Origin: Camelus ferus
Taxonomy: Eukaryota
NCBI RefSeq assembly: GCF_009834535.1
Contig: NC_045697.1
Span: forward strand, 10,542,001-10,606,000
Length of the DNA: 64,000 nt
Reading direction: 5' to 3'
Shown: piece by piece, positions 25,990 to 38,352 of the stretch
How the letters are laid out: each line of letters starts with the position of its first letter
How positions within the stretch are numbered: position 1 is the stretch's first letter
The notes under the pieces: model-generated
Seen by the model: the letters and a program-made list of their open reading frames with translations, nothing else
Told to the model about the DNA's origin: nothing
Databases searched by the model: none
Position numbers and translations under genes: made by a program

Positions 25990-27090
25990 GCCCAGCTGAG
26001 AGGGGTAGTTTCTTGTATCAGAGCCCTTGGCCAACTGATGGCCTTCACTGGTGGCCCAGAGACTCCAGGGGGCATGAGAAGAGGTGGCCGAAGCCACTCC
26101 AATGAAGGAGTCTCCGAGGGCACCAACGGGAGCCAGCTGATTTTAACTTGGAAGTAAAGTTTGTAGATGAAGACTATGTTGCCACTAGAATCCAAAAGGA
26201 ACAAAAAGTTGCTGGACTTCTATGTCCATAATGAACGTGTCAAATATCTCTCTTCAGCGGAGCTGTCGTCAACGTAATGTCATATCCGTGCTCTGGGCCT
26301 CGAGCCCAGCTTATCAAAGTCTATCCCTGAGATTTGCCACACGGCCTCTGTCAGAGCTGCTGACAGCCACGTTTCTAACCATGTGAGGAAGAGTTTTCTG
26401 AGAATGCAAAGCACACGTGCAGAGAAAAAGGAGATGCGATATGAGAGATTGTGCTGGTGATTTCTAGGTCCCCACCTCTGTGTGTCTGAGTGGTTGTCTT
26501 AATCGTGTATTTTATATCCTGTATCTTATGATGTTTTGACATCTTGCCGGGAGCCAACAGATACGAGGAGAGACTGCCCTTCCCAGGGCAAGCTAATCCT
26601 GGAGATAGTAAGTAGCTTAATTACGCGCGCTTTTCCCTTATACAAGCTAACCATCCGTATCTAACTCTGAACTCCCCACGCCAATATTTTTTTCCTGCCT
26701 TAAGTCAACCCATGGCCAGATATCAAACAGCCAGCCACTGTCCCAAGCCCGCGGGAACTATTCACACTGGCCCATCCTAAACTGTTTACTCCGCCCTGCC
26801 TTTTCCTGTTGACATATTTAAAGGGGAAGGGTCTTTCTCTCAAATAACCACAGTAAGGGCTCTAGCCTCCACTTTCCCCTCCCTCCTGACAAAAACCAGG
26901 TGCTTCCCCTGTGGCTGTGGTGGCAGGGTGTGCCCACTTCTTTTCTGAAATGTAAGTAATAAATTGTTCTTTTAATGGCATTAGCCTCTCAATGTCATCA
27001 CCCAGCCACTCCTGTAAATTAGAATCCTAAGGGTAGCTTTTGAGACAGTTGGCCCAGCAGGTGTTGAACTGATGGGTACGCCCCTAGATT
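25990..27090 (+). pseudogene. Endogenous bornavirus-like matrix element (EBLM), decayed and split by an LTR
   Basis: WPT/LMAFTGG 26028-26055 (BoDV-1 M WPTLMLEIDFVGG); DFNLEVKFVDEDYVATRIQ 26139-26195 (DYFTIDVEPAGHSLVNIYFQ); after removing the LTR the same frame reads P|VGPAGVEL at 27048 (GVGPLGPDI). Confidence 0.68.
26382..27047 (+). mobile_element. Solo ERV1-type LTR (MER34/MER39-like) inserted in the EBLM
   Basis: TGTGAGG...GAGACA termini, ~666 bp, AATAAA near 26958, LTR-like internal sequence. Confidence 0.75.
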
Positions 27091-27469
27091 ACTCTCGAGA
27101 CCTGAACTGTCTACACTGCAGAGCAGGCTGCTTATGGGAGGAGTGCCATCAGCTTTACAAATGATAAATTGACAATTGATAAAACACAATCAACATTGAG
27201 GCTCAAATTATAGCTGTATCTGAGGACCTCATTAAATTTCAACATTGTATGTCGTGTAATCTTAAAAGCCATTAAGACCTTGTCTGCAAAGCTGCCATGA
27301 TGACAAAGCTGTTAGCGTAGTCCGTGGGTGGTCTGGAAAAAGTGCATCGTGTCCCTTTGTGGGGGAAGGCAAACAGCAGTGAGAGGCTGCTCAAAGAGGC
27401 ACTGAAAAGACCATGCTAGCCAAAGCCACGGGGCAGGCAGTCACCAGGTGTTAATTGGGTATAGTCAGT

Positions 27470-27945
27470 CTTTTTTTTAAATTCTTATTTTTTATTGAAG
27501 TATAGTCAATTTACAATGTTAGTTTCACATGTACAGCTAAGAGATTCAGTTATACATACACATTTTTTTTCGGATTCTTTTCTATTACAGCTCACTACAA
27601 GAAATTGAAGAAAAATAAAGGTTACCTCATGGTAAATGAAAACAACTTTAATACTGTGTTCTCATCCTCCAGGACCCTCATACCCAATATCTAATATTAT
27701 TAAAATGACTGACTCCACAGATAAAAACAAATATCATATGATGTCACTTACATGTGGAATCTAAAAAAAAAAGTTTTTTTACATGTCAGAGATAGATCAC
27801 CCACATAGAAAGCAAACTGTGATGACCAGGGGGGAATGGAGGGGGAGGGATAGATTAGGAGTTTGGGATTAACAGACATTACTATATATAAAATAGGTAA
27901 ACGACAAGGGCCTACTGATAGCACAGGGAACTATATTCAATTTCC
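27470..27945. mobile_element. Two L1 3' fragments (27470-27610 minus, 27715-27945 plus)
   Basis: ttgaagtatagtcaatttacaatgtt; gtcacttacatgtggaatctaaaaaa...agcacagggaactatattcaa. Confidence 0.8.
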
Positions 27946-30119
27946 TGGGCTTGAGTCATGTTCCTGCTGCTGGACTCATGGACTCTGGCAAAGAGCAGGA
28001 TCCTGGGGCAAACAGCCCGGTCCCCTGACATCTGTGGTAGGATTTGAAGGAGAAGCAACTCTTCTCACACAGAGAGCTGTTCCCAGCACGGAGAGACTCT
28101 GTAGGGTTCAGGTCTGCGTGGGAGAAATTTATGGATCAGGTAGACCAGGAGGTGTGCGGGAGGACATTCTAGAATTCACCTGAGGCTGCATCCAGACCAA
28201 TGGCTTCCTATCTTCTCCAGGATGAGGACCCTTTGATGATCCCCGCACCCTGGGCAGACCTCTCCATCACTGCACTCATGCATTTAATAAAGTTTGAAAG
28301 TGACAGCAGCTATCGCGTGAGCCATTACTCCGCACAATCTATGTGGATAATCACACTTAATTCTTGCACCAAGCTTATGAGATAGGTGCTATTATTACCC
28401 ACATTGTGGAGACGAGGAAATTAAAGATTACCCAAGACCAGACAGCTAACGACTGACAAAGCCATGGTTTAACAAGGTCATGGAGACACTAAAAAATCTA
28501 TGCCCTGAGCCTAAACTGCTGTCAAAAGATGACACAGAGCCAATGGGAATTATGATTTTAAATAGATATGCAGCTCATTTACTACTGTACCACCTACTGT
28601 CATTTGCCCATGAGTTGTATATCTATGTCCAAGACACAGTGGCCCCACCCAGCCCTGTAACATCTGGCCTTCAGACCCTATGCTCTTTCTTCTCCTCCTA
28701 CCGCCTGCCACCCTCTGCTTGGGGCCCTTTTGGGACCAGCAGTTAGAAATCCCTGAGGTCACACAGGCTGCCACCTTTGAAAGAGGTGGGTAGAGAAGGT
28801 TCACTCTGGGACTGCGAGAGGCTAAATGGATCCACAGGCCATCCGCCCACCCAGGGTCTGACCTCAGAACAGACACAGCTCTTCAAATATGGGGGAGTCA
28901 GTCTCCAAGAGGGACAGGGTCATCGGAGTGTGACCGGGGAGGGAAAGAGAGTCTGATGTCAGCCCCCACTCCCACCCCCGGGGGCCAGGTTTGGTTTAGT
29001 AACATGCCTCCCTCTCCTGGCACCTTCAAATGACCTAAATGCAGAAAAAGGGTCACCTTTCCTCAGCTTCTCTTTAAAACCATCATCTGAATGAATTCAA
29101 CGTTTTAATTTGTCTCAGAGTTCAAACTTGTAACAACCAACTTTTACAGCAGGTTTTCATGGTGAGGGCTTCTGTTCAGGCTAGTTTAGTCCTCAGTCCT
29201 TCTCAGTGACAGGGAGCCTCTGGTTACCAGTTTTCAGACGCGTTGGTGACTCCATATCGCCACCTCGTGGTGATCTTATCCTGGAAGAGCAGACTGGTCT
29301 GTCGGGAGGTCTTTTCCTCCCTTTTTTGAATATTTCAGCCTCTTTTCTATCTGTGTGATAATTGCACCTCACATCTGCCCAGACCATTTCATTGCCGTGT
29401 GTCCACTGTGCACTCTTACATCAGACTTTGATACCAACCCGATGAGGAGTAGCTGTTATTTACGCTTAAAAATAAAGATGAGAAAACTGACTCCAGTGAC
29501 TTCCCGAAAGTCTCAGAACTCCAACCTTTCAGCTGTCCCCAGATCTCCTACCTCAGAGACAATGTTCTTTCTCCTCTGACAAAGGTTTTTCATCTTTGCT
29601 TGACACCACAAGCCCAAATGAAGCCTGACAGCAGATGAATACAGGAGTCAGGGGGTAGAACTGCACACAGGAAATCCTGCTTAGACTTCAGCTAGCAGCT
29701 CGGCAGGCTCCTGGAAGCAGAGGGGCTGAGAAAGGAAGGCAAAGCAGAAAGAGAACGATGCTCCCTGGGAGGGTGGGTGCAGCCTGAGTGACTCAAAGGC
29801 TGGAGAGGAATGGGGAGGATGCCTTCACACAAAGGGTCACTCTCTTTAACAGGTCTAAAGTCTTTTCCAACTCTGATCTCTAAAGTGTCGATGGATGTAT
29901 GACTTCAGGGGAACATAAAAAATATATTATTAAAGAACAGCCACAAGACCACCCAGCTGCTCCAGGCTGGCCTCAGACTTGAGCTCTCCAGGCAGAAAAC
30001 AGTCCTTCAAAGCGTTCCTTTATGCCGGTTATAAACTGCCATCCTTGTGGTGCTCAGAGACCTACCTATATTTGCAACTTGACACACAGCAAGGGATTTT
30101 TCGTGCTCACGTATTTCTT

Positions 30120-30500
30120 CTTCTTAATTAAAGCATAGTCAGTCACAATGTGTCAGTTTCTGGTATTCAGCACAATGTCCCAGTCATGCATATACATACA
30201 TATATTCATTTTCATATTCTTTTTCATTAAAGGTTATTACAAGATATTGAATACAGTTCCCTGTGCTATACAGAAGAAATTTGGTTTTTTACCTATTTTT
30301 ATATATTGTGGTTAACATTTGCAAATCTCAAACTCCCAAATTTATCCCTTCTCACTCCCTTTCCCCAGTAACCAAAAGATAGTTTACTATGTCTACGAGT
30401 CTGTTTCCGTTTTGTAGGTGAGTTCATTAGTGTCCTCTTTTTTCTGTTTTCTTTTTTTAGATTCCACATGTGAGTGATATCATATGCTGTTTTTCTTTCT
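30120..30500 (-). mobile_element. L1 3' end, same family as 46640-47160
   Basis: Reverse complement closely matches 46790-47150 (ggaatctaaaaaa...ctaatgaactca...ttgagatttgcaaatg). Confidence 0.9.
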
Positions 30501-31774
30501 CTTTTCACGCTCACATGTTTCTTAGACATCAAACTCAAAGCCGTGAGGCTTCTCACCTCATGGACTCCTCGGGCATTTCTTAACGCCTTCCTGCAGACAA
30601 GGGGATGGTTGTTCATAAAGGGCAGTAATTAGTCCAGCGTCCAAACTGGCCCAACATTCAAATAAACTTTCAATCTCTGACTGTAAGAGGAGTACCTCTG
30701 AGAGATGATACAGCTCAATGTCATCAGTTTATATCCATTAACCCAATTAATTTGACAAATAGTTACTGATGTTCCTACATGGAGCTCAGACAGATCACGT
30801 GTCACTTACAAGTCCTCGAGCCAAGAAGTAGCCAAGTCTGTAAGCCAGGAATGCAGTTGCAAATAAAGCCCCAGGTCTCAGGGGCTTAACACACTGGAAA
30901 GGCATTTCTTCCTCACATGAAGTCCACAGCGGATGTTTCCACGGCTAATTCTAGCCAACAAAATTCAGTGGTTGGCTCTACAGCCCCAGCCTTGGCAGAC
31001 TTTGTCTACTTGCTGCAAAATGTTATACATTCTGCCAGTGTTTTGTCTTGGACACGGCTAATGAATGCCTTTTCTCAGTCTCTTTGGCACAAAGTGTCAG
31101 GGGTCAGTTTTCTTGGAAGATCACTTGGATGTCCATGCATGTTTACTGTTCTAGTATTTGTCACCAAAGGATGAGCCAAGTGACGGGACAAGCCTTTCTC
31201 CCCTCAGGGAGTGACTACGTGGATGATTTCATTCTGAGAGGCTCCCATGAAGAGCAGGTGGCAGAAACTGAGAATAGACTCTGACTAATGCCAAAGCAGG
31301 GTGGGGGTGGGGACTCAACAGTCCCCAGAGGATCAGGGATCAGCCACCATGTCAATTCCTGGGAGCACCACGGACTGAGGCTTCAAGACTTGATTCCTGA
31401 GACAGTAAAGAAAAAATTACTCTCCCTGAAGACCTCACAACTGAAGTAGAAAGCCCAGACTTAGCGGGACTCCTTGGGAACAGGAAGCAATGTGCCTCAT
31501 CCAGGTATTTTGCTGAGCCCGGTGTACACAGTTACCAGAAAATCTGCCAGGTTTACCTGGGCATCAGGGTGGCAGGTGTGCTAGAGGGAGTCCCACAGGC
31601 AACCTATGCTGGGGCCCCATAAACCCGAGGATGGGGTGAAATCTGGCTGACACTGCGAGCTATGCTGAGTGGAGCCTCCGGCAGAAGGAGGCAGCCTCTG
31701 CCCAGGGTCTGCCCTTGGGCTACCGGCTCCTCGGAGGCATGGCTCCTGGTGAGACCCCACTTAAAAAACAGCTC

Positions 31775-32535
31775 CCGGAACAGTATGGAAATTCCTAACA
31801 AAAGCTCAAAATAGAGTGATCCAGCAATCCCACTCCTGGGCATATATCCAGAGGAAACTAATTCAAAAAGATACATGCACCCCTGTGTTCACAGCAGCAC
31901 TATTTACAATGGCCAAGACATAGAAGCAACCTAAATGTCCATCAACAGATGACCAGATAAAGAAGGTGTAGTACATGTGTGTGTGTGTGTATATATATAT
32001 GTGTGTGTGTATATATACACACACACACACACACCATACACAATGGACTACTACTCAGCCATAAAAAAGAATGTAATAATGCCATTTCCAGCAACATGGA
32101 TGGACCTGGAGAGTAGGTCAGACAGCAAGACAAATATGATATTGCTTATATGTGAAATCTAAAAAAATTACACAAATGAACTTATTTACAAAACAGAAGT
32201 AGACTCACAGACATAGAACACAAACTTATGGTTACCAAAGGGGAAAGGGAGGGGACAGACATAAGTTAGGAGCTTCGGATTAACATATACAAACTACTGT
32301 ATATAAAATAGATAAACAAGAAGGACCTACTGTACAGCACAGGGAACTACAATCAATATCTTGTAATAACCTATAATGGAAAAGAATCTGAACAGGAATA
32401 AACATAGATATAGATATAGATATACACATAGACATAACAAAATCTCTATGCTGTACACCAGAAACTAACACAGCATTGTAAATCAACTACATTTCAACTA
32501 AAAAAATAAAAATAATGTCTAAAAAAAAAAAGAAA
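31775..32535 (+). mobile_element. L1 3' end with internal (TG/TA/CA)n tract
   Basis: ccagcaatcccactcctgggcatatatcc...ccatttccagcaacatggatggacctggaga...poly-A. Confidence 0.92.
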
Positions 32536-34639
32536 AACCAGCTCCTGGCCTGCTCTTGGGCACTTGTGGAGACCAAGTGCCTTAGAGAGGACTGCCAGAT
32601 GTCACTATGTCCAGGGATCCCCATCCTGCCTTGGCCCCCTCAGATGCTGAAGACAGAGTTGGAAAAGCAAACAGATTTCTTACTTAAAAAAAAAAAAGGA
32701 AATGGAACATTCCAGAACATCAAGTCTGGCCCCACAGATGAGTGCTCTTCACACAAGAAGGCTGAGGCCACACCCTTAGGGATCCACTGGGCATCCCCTG
32801 GTTACTCCTGGGGAAAGCCTTTGGCTACCTGGGGGTGGCTCCCAGAAGTCCCCGAGGATGCTTGGACCCAGTTTGCTGAAGGCATATCCCAGCTAAAAAC
32901 TGATGGAGCCCACCGGTTGGCAGCAGCCACCTACTGCCGGTGACAGCTCTGGAAGGAGCCCATCAGCTCTTGGGCTAAACTGAAATTGAATGCAGTCGCC
33001 CTTCCCTTAAGCAATACTCCTAGGGACCAGGCAGGCCTCTTATTACCTGTTCTTGGACCCTGGATAGCAACCTAGCTAGTGGTTGACAATGACAAGTACA
33101 TCCAAGACACCCCTCTGTGCAGCTGCGTGCTCTGGAAAGCCACTGCTGCATGACACTTCTCTGTGCACCAGGTGGGTGCCCGTGGGAAGGTGCACACCCA
33201 GCTGAGACTGAGTGGAACAGTGCGAGTCAGTGGTCTGCACATTCCCAGTGCCATCATCAATCCCTCTCTCCACCCGCGTTGGTCTGGTTGTGGTAATCCT
33301 GCCTCTAGCGCAGTGGGCTCTAAAACGGGGCTTACATCTGTGTGCCGTTGAGACTGAAGTGACTATCGGGTTGTGGTGCCCGTCAGTAGTTCATCTGTCT
33401 TTCTGAAAATAAGCCGGGACCCTTTCAGCTCTAAGGGTGAGCCTTGCCCTTTTCTGGCAAATAGAACACATGTGTCCTCTGCTGCCATCTTGTGACTGCT
33501 CGTGGCTTCCAGTGGCCTTGGACACTTAACCTCTAACTAGAATTTGCCATTCTGCACCAGTGGCAGATTTGGGCCATCCCAGGTAGCACTGGAGACCAAG
33601 CTCATTGTGGTCACATATGCTGCATCACTCACAGCAAAGGGGCCCTGGCAGTGGGCTGGTGAACGTGACATTCCACAGATGTCTCAGCTGGTGGCATCAG
33701 CAAGAGGTAGAAGGGACATGAAAAAACTTGGCTGGAGAAGTCCATCCAGCAGGATAGGATGTGCTGCCAGCATAGTGGGCCACCCCATAGCCAGACTGCG
33801 TGAGCATTAGAGCAGCTTGTCCCTAGAGGAAGTCAAGAAGAGCCACCTGTGTCTGCGACTGCACCTCTGTGATTAGAAGCAGCAGCCAGTGATCAGAACA
33901 CAGGCCCCCAGTATCTGGGGAACAGGGTCCATAATGCCCATCCTGGCACTCGAAAAGTCTGCGTACGAGCTACTCCAGGAACACACACACCATTGACTGC
34001 CATCGGACTAGGGCAGGGAATGGAGAGCTTCAAGCTGAAATTGATGGAAATTACCCAGTTTACCATCCAAATATTCCCCTGGAATTTGTCAGCCTTCAAT
34101 AGACTCCAGGGTTCCAAAATAGTGTAACTATTTTGGACAGATTTTGTCTGCGCAATTCATTTTTAAGTGGGAAGACAGATCCTCGTGCCTTCTCTAACAT
34201 CTTCCTTTCCTTTCTTTTCTTCTTTGAACTGGAGACACCTCTTCATGACATCTCACAAATAACATAGTTTGGCTAGACTTTCTTGAACCCCCCAGGGACA
34301 GGAGTTCACTACCTCACAAAAAAACCTTGATCTGCTGTGTATTGGAAGCCTATAGCATCACTGGCAGGTGACACTGGCTCTCCTTTATTGAGGCTACTCG
34401 GTGCCAGCCATCATGAGGACCATCACATCCACCCAAGGAGGTGGGTGCATTCCCCTCCCCGGTTAACAGATGGGAGAATGAGGCTGAGAAAGCTTGAGTT
34501 ATTTCTCAAGGGAGAGCCACATTTGAACTGAGGTCTCAGAGTCTGACGTCAGTCCAGACTGTCTCTTGATGACATATTTAAAATCATTTAAAATTCAAAA
34601 TGGAGTAACTATGGTTCTCAGATGGAGCTGGGTGGCCAC

Positions 34640-35655
34640 TGTGGTTGTGGTTTCAGACACGTTCCTGCATCCTTGAGAACTTGAACTTTCTTGAACGGTA
34701 TCAAACTCAAGGACACTACCAGCATTAAGTTTGCAAAACATTACCTGCTAGCAGCTGCTAGCTGTAACCATGTCATTTCAAAGTACCCCACCCCTTACAC
34801 TGCTAATCATTTCAAACCCCAACCAATCCTTGCTTAACAAGCACCTTTACTTCTTGCCGGCTCCAATTCTAATTCTTGGCAAACAACTTCTGTAATCCTG
34901 TGAGTTTTTGCCTTTATAAGTTTCTCGCATTTTCTAGCCTGGGGGGGCACAATTCAAGTGCTTCTTTGTTACCAAACCAAACTTGTGTCTGCTCAGCCTC
35001 GGGCTGTAAAGCCAATCCACCGACACCAGGTTGTGGTGAAGGAAAGTGCAGTGTTTACGGCAGGACACCAAGCAAGGAGTCCAGAAAGCTGGTGCTTAAA
35101 AGACCTGAACGCTCCCCTAGTGGCTTTCAGGGAAAGGTTTTTTAAAGACAGGGTGAGGGAGAGGGTTTCGGGGTTCGAGATCAGCTTTGTGGACCTTGTT
35201 TTGATTGGCTGGTGGTGAGGTAATCGGGAGCCGACCAGTCTAGGGTCTACGTGCTGTGGGCAGCAGACAGCTAACTTCTTCCACCTGGTGGGGGTTTATG
35301 TACCTGTAGAACAGCTCAAAGCTCCCACAGCCCCGGAGGACGGCCTATAGGTCCTTGACTTTGTTTAATGGCTAAACTATTATTATTTTGTCTTATTTGA
35401 CTGTTTTCCTTTGTTTCTGCATTTTCTCACTTGTCTGATTAAATGTATTCTGTGGAACTTGGGGAAAGTCTAGGAGGCTAAAGTCTTCTACCAACAAGAG
35501 GCAGGTGGAGGATACAGGGGGGCTGGGGTGGTCTGTCCCAGGAAGGCGCTGTAGGGACATCTTGAATCTGTGTCTCCTGGACTGCGCTCCTAATAAATCC
35601 TAAATAAATCTCTCTTTATTTTAGTTAGGTCTCTGGTTCTGAAACTGTGGTTAAC
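34640..35655. mobile_element. Nested ERV LTRs: inner element ~34967-35555 (minus) inside an outer LTR (plus)
   Basis: Inner tgttaccaaacc...aaagccaatccaccgacaccaggttgtggtgaaggaaagtgc; outer tataag, aataaa and ...ggttaaca end. Confidence 0.65.
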
Positions 35656-36099
35656 ACTCTAATGGGCCAGGGGGAATCTGAGGAACTTGAGACATGGGCT
35701 TTGTGTACGAGGGTCTGAGACCTGGTTGGAGCAATAAAATAAATGCTTATTTAGAAGAGGACGGAGAAGTGGTGGCCGTCACTGATCTGACCTGATGGCA
35801 GCTGCCGTTCAGAAAAGGCATGAAGGCCCGCAGGGGACGACGGGCGAGGAGACGGGCGTTTCAGCCGGGTGGAGGTGGGTCTGCGCCTGGCGCTCAGCCG
35901 TGTAAAGCACCATGACCGCGCTCCCTTGCCTTCTGCAGCCCTTACAGAGGCACAGGTTGCTCTGCCAACAGTCTCTAGTTTGCAGTGGGGCTTAGCCGCA
36001 TTTCTTGGGCAAAAGCAATTTTGTAAATGAATCAGGATCTTTTCCTTCAGGGTGATTTGAAATATTGAAATACTGGCCAACTTTAGGTTACTTTGGACT

Positions 36100-36245
36100 C
36101 ATCCTGATAGCTTGTTAAAATCCACATTCCTGGGCCTTGCCCTCAGCGACTCTGATTCAGTGTGTCCAGGGTGGGGTCAGAATTAGCCTTTCTCGGTTCC
36201 CCTGGTGATGCTCTGGTCCTCAGCCCACGCTCTGAGTAGCACTGA
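36100..36245. mobile_element. MER5A-type hAT MITE
   Basis: cttgttaaaatccacattcctgggcc...ctctgattcagtg...ggtgatgct...ctgagtagcactg. Confidence 0.75.
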
Positions 36246-36969
36246 TGCTCATTCCATTTCATCCCTACAGAACACCAGGCAGCTAACGGGCGGTTTTCCT
36301 TTGAAATGTTGTCAGTACATGTCTGAGCCAAAACCCAGCCCAGCCCAGCCGTGCATGTGCTGGGGAGTCAGAAGCTACAGAATCTGGGGGACCGGAGGCC
36401 TCTTCTGGCCCCAACACTTATGAGCTGGGTGGTACCGGACAACTCGATTCTGTAAGCTTCAGGCCACTTAGTTTATAGTTATTAACTAAAACTGCTGACC
36501 CCACAGGGATGCGGTGAGGACTACAGGAGGGGACAGTAAAAGACGCAGAGCTTTCCCAAGAAACAGATGTGTTAACTGTGTCATAGGTTTTTAATGTATT
36601 TATTTTTCAGAAATTCAACTGCAGCAAAAACCTCCCTGACTCCCACCACCCCACAGCCTTCTGTCTCTCATACTCTCATCAAGTGTATCTTCTCGGTCTC
36701 CGCTGCTGACGGTGAATTCCTACGAGGCTGGACCTAATCTGTTAGCTCACCCCCTCCTCCACCCAGGGTCTTGCACAGGGCTTGGGACATAGCAGACAAT
36801 AAATGAAAATATATTAATGGGATGCAATGCCTGTAGAAGCTGAATGAGTACTTCTCAATCCAGGTTACATATGAGGATTACCTGGGATACAGCTCAGAAA
36901 TTCTGACTTAATGAATCAGACATAGTGTTTCTCAACCTTGGCTGTACATCAGAATCACCAGGGAAAATC

Positions 36970-37117
36970 TTTTTTTTTAGGAGGGGCGGAGGGGTAGTAA
37001 TTAGGTTTACTTATGTATTTTTTAACTAATTTTTCTTTTAGTGGAGGTACTGCGGATTGAACCTCGGACCTTGTGCAGGCTAAGCACACACTCTGCCACT
37101 GAGCTATACCCTCCCCC
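36970..37117 (-). mobile_element. tRNA-derived camelid-type SINE (vic-1-like) inserted in a MER5 element (36922-37272)
   Basis: rc gggggagggtatagctcagtggcagag...ggttcaatccgcagtacctcc; flanking near-repeat ccagg(g)aaaat. Confidence 0.85.
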
Positions 37118-37496
37118 TAACCCAGGAAAATGTTTAAATCCACATATTCAAGCCACATCAGTAACCAACGACATGGGAACCTCCTAGGGTAGGAGCCAGT
37201 ATCAGTACTTTTTAAAAGTTCCCCCCTTGGGTAAATCCACTGTCTAGCAGGGGCGGGGCATCACTGGGTTAGATGGAAAACAATTTATGTGCACAAGCAG
37301 TGGAGTATTAACATGCTCTTAGACAAAGACAAACAAAATTAAGAGGGGAACGAGTCACTATTTTGTGTATGTCTATCAAAATTTTTTATTTCCTGTCATT
37401 TCTGATTCTGGTAACTTACTTTATTTCTGTGTGTACAGTGTTGCTCTTTCGTGTCCACGTCTCTATCTCTTTGGCTATTTGCTATTGTTGTGTGAC

Positions 37497-37940
37497 TGTG
37501 CTGGGCTGAATATCCACCCCTGCCCCAAATTATGTCCACCTAGAACCTGTGAATGTTCGGAAACAGGTTGTTTGCAGATGTGATGAAATTAAGATGAGGT
37601 CATTCTTGATTAGGATGGGCCCTGATCCAAAGACTGGTGTCCCTGGGAGATGAGGGAAATTTGGACGCAGATACACAAAGGAAAACTCCATGTGAAGACA
37701 GAGACAGACTGCAGTGATATGTCTACAAGCCGAGGAACATCAAGGATTGCCAGCAATCATCAGAATCTGGGAGAGAGGCATGGAACAGACAGACTCTCCC
37801 GCAGACCCGCAGGGAGGAGGCTGATTTCTGCTGCCGCGTTCATTTCAGACTTCCGGTCTCCGGAACCGCGAGGACACATTTCTGCTGCTTTAAGCCACCC
37901 AGTTTGTGTGATGTGTTACAGCCACCCTAAGGAAATAATA
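37497..37940 (+). mobile_element. MLT1C/D-type LTR
   Basis: tgtgctgggctgaata...aagatgaggtcat...ttaagccacccagtttgtg...ccctaaggaaataataca. Confidence 0.85.
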
Positions 37941-38017
37941 CAGAGACTTAATTGACACCTGTAGTTTAGGCCCATTTTGCAATAAAAAGATTAGAGTCAT
38001 AGTTCTGAAATCATTCT

Positions 38018-38023
38018 TTTATT
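38018..38023 (-). terminator. PROM1: Probable PROM1 polyadenylation signal (AATAAA)
   Basis: tttatt on + strand ~330 nt downstream of the TGA. Confidence 0.6.
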
Positions 38024-38352
38024 GTGCACACACGTATCTGTGGTCTGCTGGACTTTCTCTAACTAGGAGTCTAAGTTCCCATGCAGTGAAATGGGCCAAA
38101 ATTCACATCTAGTTTCCAAGGCTAAACGGGTAATTAACGAATGTGTTGCATATTTAAATGTTCAAAGGAGGCTCAAATGATTAAAACAAAACTACTAAAA
38201 ATAAAACATAAGCATGCGTGCTTTCCCATCAGTATACATTCCATATGATCCCACTGAACTCTGTGAACTCCTGAAGGGAAGGTTTCTTTTCCAATATTTG
38301 CAGGCGCTGCAGTTCAAGAACTTGTGCAGTTGGCTCTGTTTAAAAACTTTGT

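Noticed and set aside
25308..26204. Minus-strand ORFs (127, 70 and 75 aa) as a host processed pseudogene or ERV env
   Set aside because: No recognisable host or retroviral protein; explained as antisense frames of the viral fossil.
29080..29115. Short resemblance to the reverse complement of the human PROM1 distal 3' UTR
   Set aside because: Too short and gapped to distinguish from chance without an alignment.
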